Position numbers and translations under genes: made by a program. The notes under the pieces are model-generated. The model was not told the origin of the DNA. It worked only from the letters and a program-made list of their open reading frames with translations, and did no database searches. Positions 14,785 through 26,100 of a stretch of DNA of 41,945 bases are shown piece by piece. Position 1 is the stretch's first letter. The number at the start of each line of letters is the position of its first letter. This stretch comes from a virus (Duplodnaviria > Caudoviricetes): positions 1 to 41,945 of the IMG/VR virus record IMGVR_UViG_3300006129_000012. One strand, 5' to 3'.

Positions 14785-17220
14785 ATGTCAAATCCTGCAC
14801 CAATTGCGCCGGCATTTCCGTTAGCACTTGATACATCTACATCTTTCTTAAATTATCAAGTTTCTATTCCTGCCGGATCGTCTGAGTCTTCACAATTTCT
14901 TATTGGTAATAATGTTAGTTGGGTTAACCCTGCAACTTTACAAACTGCATACCAAAATGGAACCAATATTAACACAACTCCGCAGATACTCGGTAATATG
15001 TTCAACACAAATATCGGCAATTATTCTACAGCACAGCCGTCATTATTTAAAACAGTTAATCCTAATTCTATAAAAACATACAGTAATATTCTTAATAATT
15101 ATGCAAACTATACATATCATATTGTATTTTCTGTGGCCCGAGAAAGTGTTGCATATAGTGTATCATCTACATCTGGTATCCCGTCGTCGGACAAGATAGT
15201 GATAGCCGAATCTGGTGTCACGGCCGGATTTAATATAACCAAGTTTAATATTACTAATACCACTTCACCAGGATTTAAACACCAAAATATGAATCTTATG
15301 AAGTGGAGTATGACTATTACAGAACCATTTGGTTTAACACTTCAAGATTATATATTATCTGCAGGACAGACTTTAAATATTCAGAACATAAGCAGATTTC
15401 CGTTTTTTATTGAGCTTTGGTTTGACGGGTATGATAATGACGGTAATATAACACCAAAAATACAAGGTACATACAAAGCTTGGAGAGTAATGTGGTTAAA
15501 CTCCACATTACAAACTAATCAGACTGGTACCATATATGAATTAGAAGGTGTATCTGATAATGATTTAGTTAATACAAATCAAATATCATTAACATCTTCT
15601 ACACTAAAGTTAGAGAATAATCAAACTTTACAAGATGTAATGACTAATCTAACCAATGCATTGAATAAAGATACGCAAAATGCTGATAATAACAAGAATA
15701 CAACAAAATATAATATAGAATTACCATCTGATATGCAGAATTGGAGAATCTCTCCTCAAAAAGGAGATGATCAAAAAGGATTAGGAACAAACGGTGCTAA
15801 TATTCCCATAAACAGAGGTCAGGATATTGGTAGTTTCATAATGACTGCAATAGGAAAGTGCGGCACAGACATAGACAATTATCTATATGGGTCTTCTGGA
15901 AATGGTCCCAGTGTTGGAACACACGGACTTGCTAGATATATTCAAATTGTACCACAGATGTCTATATCAGGTTACAACACAATATTAAATGATTATGTAA
16001 GGACAGTCACTTACAAAGTCATTCCATTTTATACTCCTAGATGTGTTAAAGATCCTGCACAGGCAGAGTTGCAGGGAAGCTTGACTAATCAAACCAACAA
16101 ATTTAGTTATTTGAACAATTGTCCTACTCCGATGTTGGCTAAAAAATATGAATACATCTATACTGGCAAGAATACAGAAGTAATTAAGTTTGATATACAA
16201 GTTGAAAACTTTTGGCAAATTACATTACCTAGTTATTTGGGTAACAATACATATGGACAAGCTACACAGGGGGCAGTAGTTGATCCGCAAAGTCAAATAT
16301 TTAGAGACCTTAAAAATTACAGTTCACGATATAATTTATTAACTGAAATAACTTCTACAGCAGCTCAAGCTCTTGATAGCGGTATTGGTAGTTTAATTTC
16401 TACAACTGGTGTTTCTAGCTTACTATCTTCAGTTTCTCAACTGAGTAATATGTCATCTTCTATACAAAATTTAACTAACCAATTTGCATCTGCTTTACCG
16501 TCATTATCAGCAACACCTATATTACCTTTTAGTACAGGTTCTTATAATGCATTACAGTCTATATTGAATAATGTATCATCTACTATATCTAATTCTTCTA
16601 CATCATTGCCATTTATTCTCAGTCCGAGTCAAGTTGCAAATCAAAACAAATACCTTGAGAGTCTTCCGCCACCGGCTAACACAAGTACAGATCCGTTACA
16701 GGTACCATTTTTTGTTGATCCTACTCCTAGAATTCAACAAGTAACATTTAATGGGCTTGAACAAAAATCTCATCCAGACACATCGACACAAAACGGATCA
16801 TTTCCATCTAGTCAAGGCATGTTCAGTCAGACTATAGGAAATTTATATGACAATAAATTCTTCTTGAACATAACTTTAGAAATTAGAGGAGATCCTTGGT
16901 GGATCGGCATGACAAATTTAGAAATGAATGAGTATCGATTTGGCAATACTGGTGCATCCTACAACTATGCTGACTTTCTTCAAGGTGAAAATATGTTTTT
17001 ATTAACATTTAAGACTGCAACCAATTATGACCAAAACACTGGATTAATGAATTTAGACGCCGGAAGTGAAACATTTAATGGTCTTTATTCAGTTCTTGAA
17101 GTTGAAAATCATTTTGAAAATGGAAGTTTTACACAAACTTTATCGGCTTACAAAGAACTTTTCAGCCAAAAAATAGATAAATTATTAACACCCAGTGTTA
17201 CTACAAATACCAATTTGTAA
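14785..17220 (+). CDS. Putative baseplate hub protein (gp27-like position)
   Basis: 811 aa between gp53-like and gp5-like genes; LEIRGDPWW and FNGLYSVLEVENHFENGSFTQTL resemble hub C-termini. Confidence 0.6.
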   Translation: MSNPAPIAPAFPLALDTSTSFLNYQVSIPAGSSESSQFLIGNNVSWVNPATLQTAYQNGTNINTTPQILGNMFNTNIGNYSTAQPSLFKTVNPNSIKTYSNILNNYANYTYHIVFSVARESVAYSVSSTSGIPSSDKIVIAESGVTAGFNITKFNITNTTSPGFKHQNMNLMKWSMTITEPFGLTLQDYILSAGQTLNIQNISRFPFFIELWFDGYDNDGNITPKIQGTYKAWRVMWLNSTLQTNQTGTIYELEGVSDNDLVNTNQISLTSSTLKLENNQTLQDVMTNLTNALNKDTQNADNNKNTTKYNIELPSDMQNWRISPQKGDDQKGLGTNGANIPINRGQDIGSFIMTAIGKCGTDIDNYLYGSSGNGPSVGTHGLARYIQIVPQMSISGYNTILNDYVRTVTYKVIPFYTPRCVKDPAQAELQGSLTNQTNKFSYLNNCPTPMLAKKYEYIYTGKNTEVIKFDIQVENFWQITLPSYLGNNTYGQATQGAVVDPQSQIFRDLKNYSSRYNLLTEITSTAAQALDSGIGSLISTTGVSSLLSSVSQLSNMSSSIQNLTNQFASALPSLSATPILPFSTGSYNALQSILNNVSSTISNSSTSLPFILSPSQVANQNKYLESLPPPANTSTDPLQVPFFVDPTPRIQQVTFNGLEQKSHPDTSTQNGSFPSSQGMFSQTIGNLYDNKFFLNITLEIRGDPWWIGMTNLEMNEYRFGNTGASYNYADFLQGENMFLLTFKTATNYDQNTGLMNLDAGSETFNGLYSVLEVENHFENGSFTQTLSAYKELFSQKIDKLLTPSVTTNTNL

Positions 17221-17258
17221 ATTACACTAGATAATTTTATACAAGGTAACTATCGAAG

Positions 17259-19316
17259 ATGCCCGTATTTACAAGAACAACTAACACACCAAAAAGCTTT
17301 GAATTTGAGCCTCTCGGACGTGCGACTTTATTAGATAAAATATACATAGGATTTATTAAAGATACTGTAGATAATCAATATATGGGTCGTCTTAAAGTAT
17401 GGATACCCGAGTTAGGGGGAGATCCAGCTGATAGTTCCGGATGGTTAACAGTAAGCTATGCAAGTCCGTTTGCAGGTGCTACTAATGTTTTTGCTAATAC
17501 CAACGGAAATCAATACTTGAATTCCCAAAGAAGTTATGGAATGTGGTTTGTGCCACCAGATCTTGAAAATGAAATTTTATGTTGTTTTATAAACGGTGAT
17601 CCTGGTAAGGGTGTATGGTTTGCTTGTCTATATCAACAAAATATGAATCACATGGTCCCTGGATTACCGGGTAATAATACAACCAATGGTCTGCCAGTTG
17701 GCGAATATAATAAAATGCAGACCAATATAAATTTTAATAGCCCTAACAGACCTACTTATGATCCATTAGCAAACGCACTTAAAACACAGGGACTAGATCA
17801 AGATCAAATAAGAGGGGTGTCTGATAGCGGCGCTCGCAGAGCTAATCCATACAATTCAGTTTATGGGTTATTAACACCTGGTGGGTCTCAATTTGTACTT
17901 GATGATGATCCGGCTAATACCTTTATTAGATTAAGAACACAAGGTGGTGTTCAAATATTGTTAAATGATGATACTGGTGAGATATACATGATCACCAGCG
18001 CTGGTAATAATTGGTTCAGCATGACAGCAGATGGTGCAGTTAGTGTGTACGCAGCTAATGATATAACCATGAGGACTGAGCGTAGTTTTAATATCAGAGC
18101 CGATCTTGATATTAATTTTGAAGCCGGTCGTAACATGAACATAAAAGCCAGAGGTGATCCAGATGTAGAAGCATCGAGTCAGGGCGGTGGTATAATTCAG
18201 ATGAATGCTAACACAGCAGTTCATATGTCATCCGGTGATGATTTCTTTATAGGAGCACAAGGGGATGTACATACTTTTGCACAAGGGGGTATATTTAATA
18301 CCTCCAAAGAAGATAGTAATTATAAAGCAGCAGGATCAATGTTTGTACAATCAGACGGCGGTGATGTTGACATAAAAGCCAAAGCAGAAATACATGCTAC
18401 TGCTACCAACGTTCATCTTAATAGTGTAGTTCCCGGAGATGCTACTGCTGCTAGTTTTGCACTTGCTCCTCAGGATTTAAATGTAGTAGATGCAACAGTT
18501 ATTAACGGTACAATTACACCAATAACAAGAAGAACAATTCTTTACAATTTAGTATATCACGAGCCTTACCCACACGATTCTAGTGCTGCATCGGGTCAGT
18601 ACAACGGATCTGTTCAACAAACTAATCCCGTTACAGATCCAAATATACAATTAGCAAGAAAAGGTGAGATAGTAGCAAATTCAAATGTTCCTTTAGATAT
18701 AGTAGGTACTCCAAAACCCGGCATGACACCCGGATACTATAAAGGTATTGGGTACGACAATCAAGGTAATCCAGTTTATCAATACCAAGGTGGTGCTACA
18801 GGTCCATTAACAATAGGACCTTGTGCTGGTTATAGTACTAGTGCTAGCGGATTGGCATGGTTAAAGTCAAAAGAAGGTATGTTTTGGTCAATATCGCCTG
18901 ATCCGCCGGGTCAAACTAAGTTGTTTTCAATTGGTCATGGTCATCAGTTATCTCCTGCAGAATTAGCAGGAAAGTATGTAATAATCAATGGACAACGAGT
19001 AGACTTGCCAGATGGCAAAATAACAATGGCACAAGCTGATCAACTATTCCAGCAGGATGTTGTTTCAAAAGGGGAAAATCTTGTTAAGAAAGCCATAACA
19101 GTAAGTCTTACTCAGAGTCAGTTTGATTCTCTAGTTAGTTTTGCCTACAACACAGGGCATTGTTCTGGCACTGATTTAGCAACTGCAATCAATGCTGGTA
19201 ATTTTGAAGCTGTTCCGCAAGGTTTTATGAATTGGGCACATCCTTCTGTGTTAATATCAAGGCGTCGTCAAGAAGCACAATGGTTTATGTCGGGAGTTAA
19301 ACCCCCAACAGGATAA
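17259..19316 (+). CDS. gp5: Baseplate spike protein, gp5/VgrG-like, with C-terminal GH24-type lysozyme
   Basis: OB-fold D..YMGRLKVWIP and SYGMWFVPPD; beta-helix repeats; C-terminal KEG...D...SIGHGH, LTQSQFDSLVSFAYNTG, RRRQEA. Confidence 0.85.
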   Translation: MPVFTRTTNTPKSFEFEPLGRATLLDKIYIGFIKDTVDNQYMGRLKVWIPELGGDPADSSGWLTVSYASPFAGATNVFANTNGNQYLNSQRSYGMWFVPPDLENEILCCFINGDPGKGVWFACLYQQNMNHMVPGLPGNNTTNGLPVGEYNKMQTNINFNSPNRPTYDPLANALKTQGLDQDQIRGVSDSGARRANPYNSVYGLLTPGGSQFVLDDDPANTFIRLRTQGGVQILLNDDTGEIYMITSAGNNWFSMTADGAVSVYAANDITMRTERSFNIRADLDINFEAGRNMNIKARGDPDVEASSQGGGIIQMNANTAVHMSSGDDFFIGAQGDVHTFAQGGIFNTSKEDSNYKAAGSMFVQSDGGDVDIKAKAEIHATATNVHLNSVVPGDATAASFALAPQDLNVVDATVINGTITPITRRTILYNLVYHEPYPHDSSAASGQYNGSVQQTNPVTDPNIQLARKGEIVANSNVPLDIVGTPKPGMTPGYYKGIGYDNQGNPVYQYQGGATGPLTIGPCAGYSTSASGLAWLKSKEGMFWSISPDPPGQTKLFSIGHGHQLSPAELAGKYVIINGQRVDLPDGKITMAQADQLFQQDVVSKGENLVKKAITVSLTQSQFDSLVSFAYNTGHCSGTDLATAINAGNFEAVPQGFMNWAHPSVLISRRRQEAQWFMSGVKPPTG

Positions 19317-19323
19317 ATTAACC

Positions 19324-19347
19324 CAGCACTTTATCAATAGATAAATA
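19324..19347 (+). promoter_or_regulatory. Late promoter upstream of the gp25-like gene
   Basis: GATAAATA at 19340-19347. Confidence 0.6.
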
Positions 19348-19378
19348 TGCAGTTAGAACTGAGAGATATCAATTCATT

Positions 19379-19768
19379 ATGGCTGTATTACAAAATAAAA
19401 GGTTATTTGTTGGTTATAGTACTGTTGAAACAAACAGCAAATTACAACAATTCACCGACATAGAACTGATAAAACGAGATTTGTTAAATAACTTTTATAC
19501 TCGTAAGGGTGAAAGAGTAATGATGCCAACTTATGGGTGTGGTATATGGGATTTATTATTTGAACAATTTGACGATATAGTACAAGATTCAATAATAGAG
19601 GAATGTACTAGTGTGATAAGTTCAGATAGTAGAGTTCAATTGATGAATATTGCAGTAACTCAGTTTGATCAGGGATTTACTGTACAGATGGATTTACTCT
19701 ATGTACCGTTTAACGTAGTAGACACTTTTAGTTTACAATTTGATAATAGAACTATGACAAACTTCTAA
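19379..19768 (+). CDS. gp25: Baseplate wedge subunit, gp25-like
   Basis: TRKGERVMMPTYGCGIWDLLFE and DSRV motifs of the GPW/gp25 family. Confidence 0.92.
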   Translation: MAVLQNKRLFVGYSTVETNSKLQQFTDIELIKRDLLNNFYTRKGERVMMPTYGCGIWDLLFEQFDDIVQDSIIEECTSVISSDSRVQLMNIAVTQFDQGFTVQMDLLYVPFNVVDTFSLQFDNRTMTNF

Positions 19769-19777
19769 GGACTATAA

Positions 19778-22700
19778 ATGACAGTTTCGCAGCAACAACG
19801 CCAGTCACAATTATTTGCAGCAGAAGATTGGCAGGTTTTATACACTGCATTTAGTAAAGTAAATTTCAGCTCATACGACTTTAATACTATTAGAGCTGCA
19901 ATGATCAATTATATTAGACTAACATATCCGGAGGATTTTAATGACTGGATCGAAAGCTCTGAATTTGTTGCAATTATTGATTTATTATCCTATCTCGGAC
20001 AAAGTCTTGCATTTAGAATGGATCTCAATACAAGAGAGAATTTTATAGATACAGCAACTCGTCGTGAAAGTATATTTAGATTAGCAAGAATGCTGAGCTA
20101 TCAACCTCAGAGATGTACACCTGCACAAGGTTTGCTTAAAATAACACAAGTAACTTGTAATCAAGACATCTATGATTCTAACGGATTAAATCTTAATAAT
20201 ACCACTATTACATGGAATGATTTAAACAATCCAGATTGGTTTGAGCAATTTATATTGGTTTTAAATTCAAGCTTAAACAGTAATAATAGTTTTGGTAATC
20301 CAAGTTCAACCGGTACAATAGGCGGAATTAATACAGAGCTGTACCAACTCAATAACACTATAATACCAACTAGTACAATACCATTTACTGCATCAGTTGG
20401 TGGTAATTCGATGGATTTTGAATTAGTAAATCCAAATTTTTCAACAGTTAACACTGATGCAGGTATTTTTAATAATTATGGATATTTCTATGAAATGTCG
20501 CCTAATCCACTAAACAGTTGGAATGTAATATATAGGTCAGATGGCAACGGAAACTCCAGTAACAATACTGGATTCTTTTTGATGTTCAAACAGGGTACAA
20601 TTGGGTTTAGCGATTATAGATTAGATTATCAAATAGCTAATCGTATTATTGATGTAGCAGTTGATAATGTTAATCAAACAGACATATGGGTACAAAGTGT
20701 AGATGTTAATGGGTTAGTAACAACCGATTGGACGCAAGTACCTAGTGTTAACGGTTTTAATGTAATTTACAATAGTCTTGACCAAGGTGTAAGAAATATA
20801 TATTCTGTTGTTAGTAGAGATAATAATGGTTCTGATCAAATAAGTGTGCGATTTGCTGACGGTAATTTTGGTAATGTTCCAATAGGTTTGATAAGAGTAT
20901 GGTATAGAGTCAGTAACGGCTTACAATATCAGATTAGACCAACTGATATGTCCAATTTACAATTTAGTTTTAATTATAATGACAATATTAATAACACTTA
21001 TTCTATAGTATTCAATGCTAGCTTACAAACTACAGTGGCTAATAGTCAAGCTAGCCAAACAAATGAACAAATAACTTTAAATGCTAGCCAGGTATATTAT
21101 ACTCAAGACAGAATGGTTAATGGTGAAGATTATAACCTTTATCCGTTACAGAGTTCACAAGCTCTTAAAGTCAAAGCTGTTAATAGAACATACGCAGGAC
21201 ATAATCGTTATATGGATATAAATGACCCAACTGGAAACTATCAAAATATAAATGTTTTCAGTCAAGATGGTATTTTATATTCCGAATACGACCTTAACAA
21301 ATACGATTTTTCCTATAATGCTGCATTTAATGGATCAGCCGTTGTAACCACATACATACAACCGATGATAAGCGGAACTGCGTCATCAACTAAAATATCT
21401 ACCGAATTAAGAGATTTTTTCTTAAATAATTATCCAAGATATCCTGCAAGTTTGTTAGTGTGGAGAACAGTTAACAGTAATTCTGGTAGTATGAATGGTG
21501 CATTTTTCACAGGAGCAACTGCTCAAAAATTAGGAGATGCTGTACATAATGGTTCCCCACAACTATATATTCAAACAGGAAGTATGGTTAATTTTGCTAA
21601 TAGCGGATGGTCGTATGTATCTTCAATAGTAGGGGACGGTGACGGAATTTCACAAACTGGAATATTATCTAACGGTCAAGGAGCAGTGACTCTTGATACT
21701 AATGTAACTACCGGGGACGTTGTACAATATATAATCCCTACTTGGAGAACAACTTTTAATTCAGATGAAATTTCAAGTATAGCTGCTTCTATAAATCAAC
21801 AACAAACATTTGGTATTGGATATAATCCAACAACAACATCTTGGTATGTGATAAGCAACGATAATCTTAGCAATAGCAGTTTATTTTCGTTAACAAATGC
21901 ACAGGATATTACTAGTACTAGTAAAGATGCTAGTTGGTTAATAAAGATGGTTTACATTGGACCAAATTGGAGAATGTATACTAGATCTCAAAGATACGTC
22001 TTTGAAAGCGTCAATGATGTAAGATTTTATTTTTCTAATACTAATAAAGTAATTGATCTTACAACTGGGTTAGCCAAAGAAGATTATATAAACATTTTGG
22101 GAGTTAATACACAACCTGACTCTTCATATGCATTAGGCACTGATTATTTCTGGAAAATAAAAGGACAATATGTTTATCCGGACGGATACACCGAAGCAAG
22201 AAGTGTTCAAATTACATTTAACGATTCTAAAACTTCAGGTGCAGCAGATAATCCTGACGAATTTATTAATATTGTTAATCCAAACATAGGAACAAATAAA
22301 TTATTATTCTGGCAACAACTTATAAGTAGCGACGGGTATCAGTACTACTCACCTATTACTATTCCTTCTGATAATATATTTAAAACTAAATCAGATATTG
22401 TTATTGATAAATTAAAAAACGGAGATTTATTGTTTGTCATAGACACTTCGGCATTTTATTCATATACAAACCTTCAACTGGTAGATGTTACAACAAGTTA
22501 TAAAGTTAGAGTTGGTCGCAATAATTTAAGTTATCTATGGAAGCATTATGCATCGTCTGATCAAAGAATTAATCCAGCTATTAACAATATCATAGATATG
22601 TATGTATTAACCAGTCAATATGATACTGATATGAGAAATTGGATTAGTCTTAACGGTACAGTTAATACTATGCCGTCTCCCCCAACAACAGATGAGTTAT

Positions 22701-23146
22701 TAACAACTTTTAATCAGTTTGAATTATATAAAATGATGACAGATCAAATGGTTTGGCATCCAGTTAAATATCGACTATTGTTCGGTCAGCAAGCTGACCC
22801 TGCATATCAAGTTAGATTCAAAGTAGTAAAAACAACGGGTACATTAACTAGTGATAGTGAAGTTAAATCCAAAGTCATTGCAGCTATTAATCAATATTTT
22901 AGTTTAGCTAATTGGGATTTTGGATCAAGCTTCTTTTTTACTGAATTAGCAGCATACTTACATACACAGTTAGCTACGGTTCTTGGCAGTATAGTTATTG
23001 TCCCACTGAGCGGGGGTAGTAGCTTTGGTGATCTTTTTGAAATTACTGCAGATCCGGACGAAATTTTTATAAGTTGTGCTAGAGTTACAGATATTGACAT
23101 AGTTCAGGCACTAACTGAATCAGAATTAGGAATAAACAATGGCTAA
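19778..23146 (+). CDS. gp6: Baseplate wedge subunit, gp6-like
   Basis: DFNTIRAAMINY, ENFIDTATRRESIFRLARMLSYQP, FADGNFG, QDRMVNGEDY. Confidence 0.88.
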   Translation: MTVSQQQRQSQLFAAEDWQVLYTAFSKVNFSSYDFNTIRAAMINYIRLTYPEDFNDWIESSEFVAIIDLLSYLGQSLAFRMDLNTRENFIDTATRRESIFRLARMLSYQPQRCTPAQGLLKITQVTCNQDIYDSNGLNLNNTTITWNDLNNPDWFEQFILVLNSSLNSNNSFGNPSSTGTIGGINTELYQLNNTIIPTSTIPFTASVGGNSMDFELVNPNFSTVNTDAGIFNNYGYFYEMSPNPLNSWNVIYRSDGNGNSSNNTGFFLMFKQGTIGFSDYRLDYQIANRIIDVAVDNVNQTDIWVQSVDVNGLVTTDWTQVPSVNGFNVIYNSLDQGVRNIYSVVSRDNNGSDQISVRFADGNFGNVPIGLIRVWYRVSNGLQYQIRPTDMSNLQFSFNYNDNINNTYSIVFNASLQTTVANSQASQTNEQITLNASQVYYTQDRMVNGEDYNLYPLQSSQALKVKAVNRTYAGHNRYMDINDPTGNYQNINVFSQDGILYSEYDLNKYDFSYNAAFNGSAVVTTYIQPMISGTASSTKISTELRDFFLNNYPRYPASLLVWRTVNSNSGSMNGAFFTGATAQKLGDAVHNGSPQLYIQTGSMVNFANSGWSYVSSIVGDGDGISQTGILSNGQGAVTLDTNVTTGDVVQYIIPTWRTTFNSDEISSIAASINQQQTFGIGYNPTTTSWYVISNDNLSNSSLFSLTNAQDITSTSKDASWLIKMVYIGPNWRMYTRSQRYVFESVNDVRFYFSNTNKVIDLTTGLAKEDYINILGVNTQPDSSYALGTDYFWKIKGQYVYPDGYTEARSVQITFNDSKTSGAADNPDEFINIVNPNIGTNKLLFWQQLISSDGYQYYSPITIPSDNIFKTKSDIVIDKLKNGDLLFVIDTSAFYSYTNLQLVDVTTSYKVRVGRNNLSYLWKHYASSDQRINPAINNIIDMYVLTSQYDTDMRNWISLNGTVNTMPSPPTTDELLTTFNQFELYKMMTDQMVWHPVKYRLLFGQQADPAYQVRFKVVKTTGTLTSDSEVKSKVIAAINQYFSLANWDFGSSFFFTELAAYLHTQLATVLGSIVIVPLSGGSSFGDLFEITADPDEIFISCARVTDIDIVQALTESELGINNG

Positions 23147-26100
23147 TTTAACAGCTATAGGACCACAGCCGCTTAAACCAGCAACAAGTAATTTGTTAGT
23201 AACATCTAACACTGTTGTACCTAAACGATCAACTATAGATTTGTTACCAGATGTTAATCAAACTCAGACTCTAGCTAAGTTTTTCAATGCCACAGTTGAT
23301 CATTTACTACAACCTGAAAATGTTGAATTTATTAATGGTTATATAGGATCTAAACCGCCATATTATAATTCAAATAAAGATTTTTATGTAACTGAATATG
23401 ACCAGGAAAGACTTAACTATCAATTGCCTGTTACCGCTGTTAGTATTGATCAATCGTCGGGTAGTATTAACAATGTAATGTTTTATGATGATATCATAAA
23501 TCAATTGGGTTTACAAGGTGCTAATGTAAGTAATCCCAGTAGACTACTAGATGGTGATTACTATAGTTGGTCTCCCCCTATAGACATTGATAAATTTGTT
23601 AACTATTACGAATACTATTGGGTACCAGACGGTCCTGATATGATTCAGTTATTAGATACAACTGATTTGGTTAATTTAGCAATTGGGGCTGTTACATATA
23701 CTTATACAGGTCGTTACTATCTAACATCTACTGATACTACTGTTACCGGAAGCTTGGTATTTACAAGCGGTATGAGAATACAAGTTATCGATGATATTGA
23801 TTATACATTAAACAATAGAACATTGATAATAGAAGGTGTTGGTCGGTCTATTAAAATTAAAGATGACATTATATATCAAAAGCCCAGTTGGGATACTGTA
23901 AGTTGGGATACAAGAGGTTGGTCTGGTGATGATTCTGTTATTGTTCCAGACTATATGACTATAGGACGACTGAGTACGAATATCAATCGATGGAGTTGGA
24001 ATAATAGATGGTTTCATAAAGATGTACTAGCGTTAGCCGGAACAATTGTACAAGAAGGTATTGCGGTTAATGCATCAAGACCCATTATTGAATTTAACGC
24101 AAACATAGACCTTTATAATTTTGGTTCTTTTGGCCGCCCTGATGTTGATTTAGTTGATACTACTAGAATTAATATTTTTGAAACACTAGTCGGAAGTGCA
24201 AGTGGAACTGTTGACGACACTACACTTATTGACGGCATGAGAATATTAGTAACTGCTGATTTAAATCCACAAGTTAATAATAGAATATACGAAGTAGGTG
24301 GTATTGTAGAATACGGATTAATTACTCTAACATTGGTATCCGATGGACAAAATACAGACGGATCGCCGGCTATAGGTGATTGTGCATACGTAACATTTGG
24401 TGTTTACAACAGCGGAAACACCTACTGGTACAACGGCACCAATTACGTAGTCGGACAAGCCAAAGTTAAATATCAACCACCGTTGTTTGCAGGATATGAC
24501 AAAGACGGCATTAATTTAATAGATCCTGCAGTTTATCCCGGAAGTAATTTCACAGGAACAACAATATTTACATATGCAATAGACATAACGGCACAAGTTG
24601 ATTCTATACTAGGACTACAAATTAAAAGAGATCAATTTGGAGATTATGTTTTTGATAACTCTTTAACGACAAGAAGTTATTCATATATTGAAAATAGTCA
24701 GCTTACTGATTTCAATGGATATATTTGGTATCGTGATAGTTATATTGGTAATGGTTGGTATAACAGTGGTAATCCTAGTAAACAATATATAATTAATTCG
24801 TTTGATATAACAACTCCGACTACAACATTCTTAATAGATCAAATACCTGCTGATTATTCGACTGGATCATTACCACCTGTAATGGTTTACTTAATTCAAA
24901 ATGGTAATTCTTATTTGTTATTTGAAGAAGTTAATTATACTGTAAGTGGACGAATAATAACTCTCACAACTCCGGCTGCTGTATCGTCGAGAATTGAAAT
25001 ACGTAGTTGGTCTGCAAATTTACCATCTGGTAATAATGGATATTATCAACTTCCTATAAATTTAGTAGCAAATCCCAATAATAATCAACCTACTAATGTG
25101 TCATTTAATGAAACTATAAAACACTTTACAGGAATTATATCTAATCAATACAATGAACAAAGTAATGGTGTAGGTAACACAAATTGGAGAGATAGTACTC
25201 AGAATAGAGGATTAGGTCTAGAAATATTACAGCACAGATCACCATTGTTAAAGTTAATGATGTTGAATAGCAATAATATCAACACCGGCATGTTAAGCAG
25301 TACAAGTTTAACTGATCCAAGTTTAGCAATACAATTTGCACAAAGAGAGTATAATAAATTTTATAATAGATTTATACGTACATTGTTTAAATTATATTCA
25401 ACATCAGGATACGATAAATCTATCACTCCTCAACAATGGATAGATGCTGCTCTATCACAAGTAAATCTTGGCAAAAGCAAAATAAGTGCTTGGGCATATA
25501 GTGGATATGAACAAAATGAAGATTTTTCAACAACAACTGCTAAGCCTACATTTGTTCCGCCAACTGCTACTAAGTTAGGAGTAGCTCCGGCTTATAAGCC
25601 AGTTGCATATTTAGACTCTGATTATTATCCACCTAAGTTAACCTTGCAAACCCACGACGGAGCTAGAATTATTTTAGAAGATTTAGAAGGATTACAGTTA
25701 GGTACTATAAGCAATAATGCAACTAAAACTTCAAACCCAACACTATTAACTAATCCGGTAGCATCGGCATGGTTACAATTTGAACTTGACCTTTATAATG
25801 CTATTCCGTCTATGTATAGTGACATTGATGCAGTACCTGCATTTGATGTTAGAATATATACTCCGGGAAAATGGAGAACAACTGATTATACACGAAAAGA
25901 ATACTTAAACATATTAAGACCTAGTTTTAGTAAATGGATAATACACGCACAAGTTGACTATATGGCTAATACTGGTTATTCACCAAATAATCAGTTTTCA
26001 TTTAATTATAGCAATTGTGTTGATAAACAAGGAAATTATGTTCCGGGCCATTGGAGAGGAATTTACAGATATTTCTATGATACTGATCGTCCTCATACTA

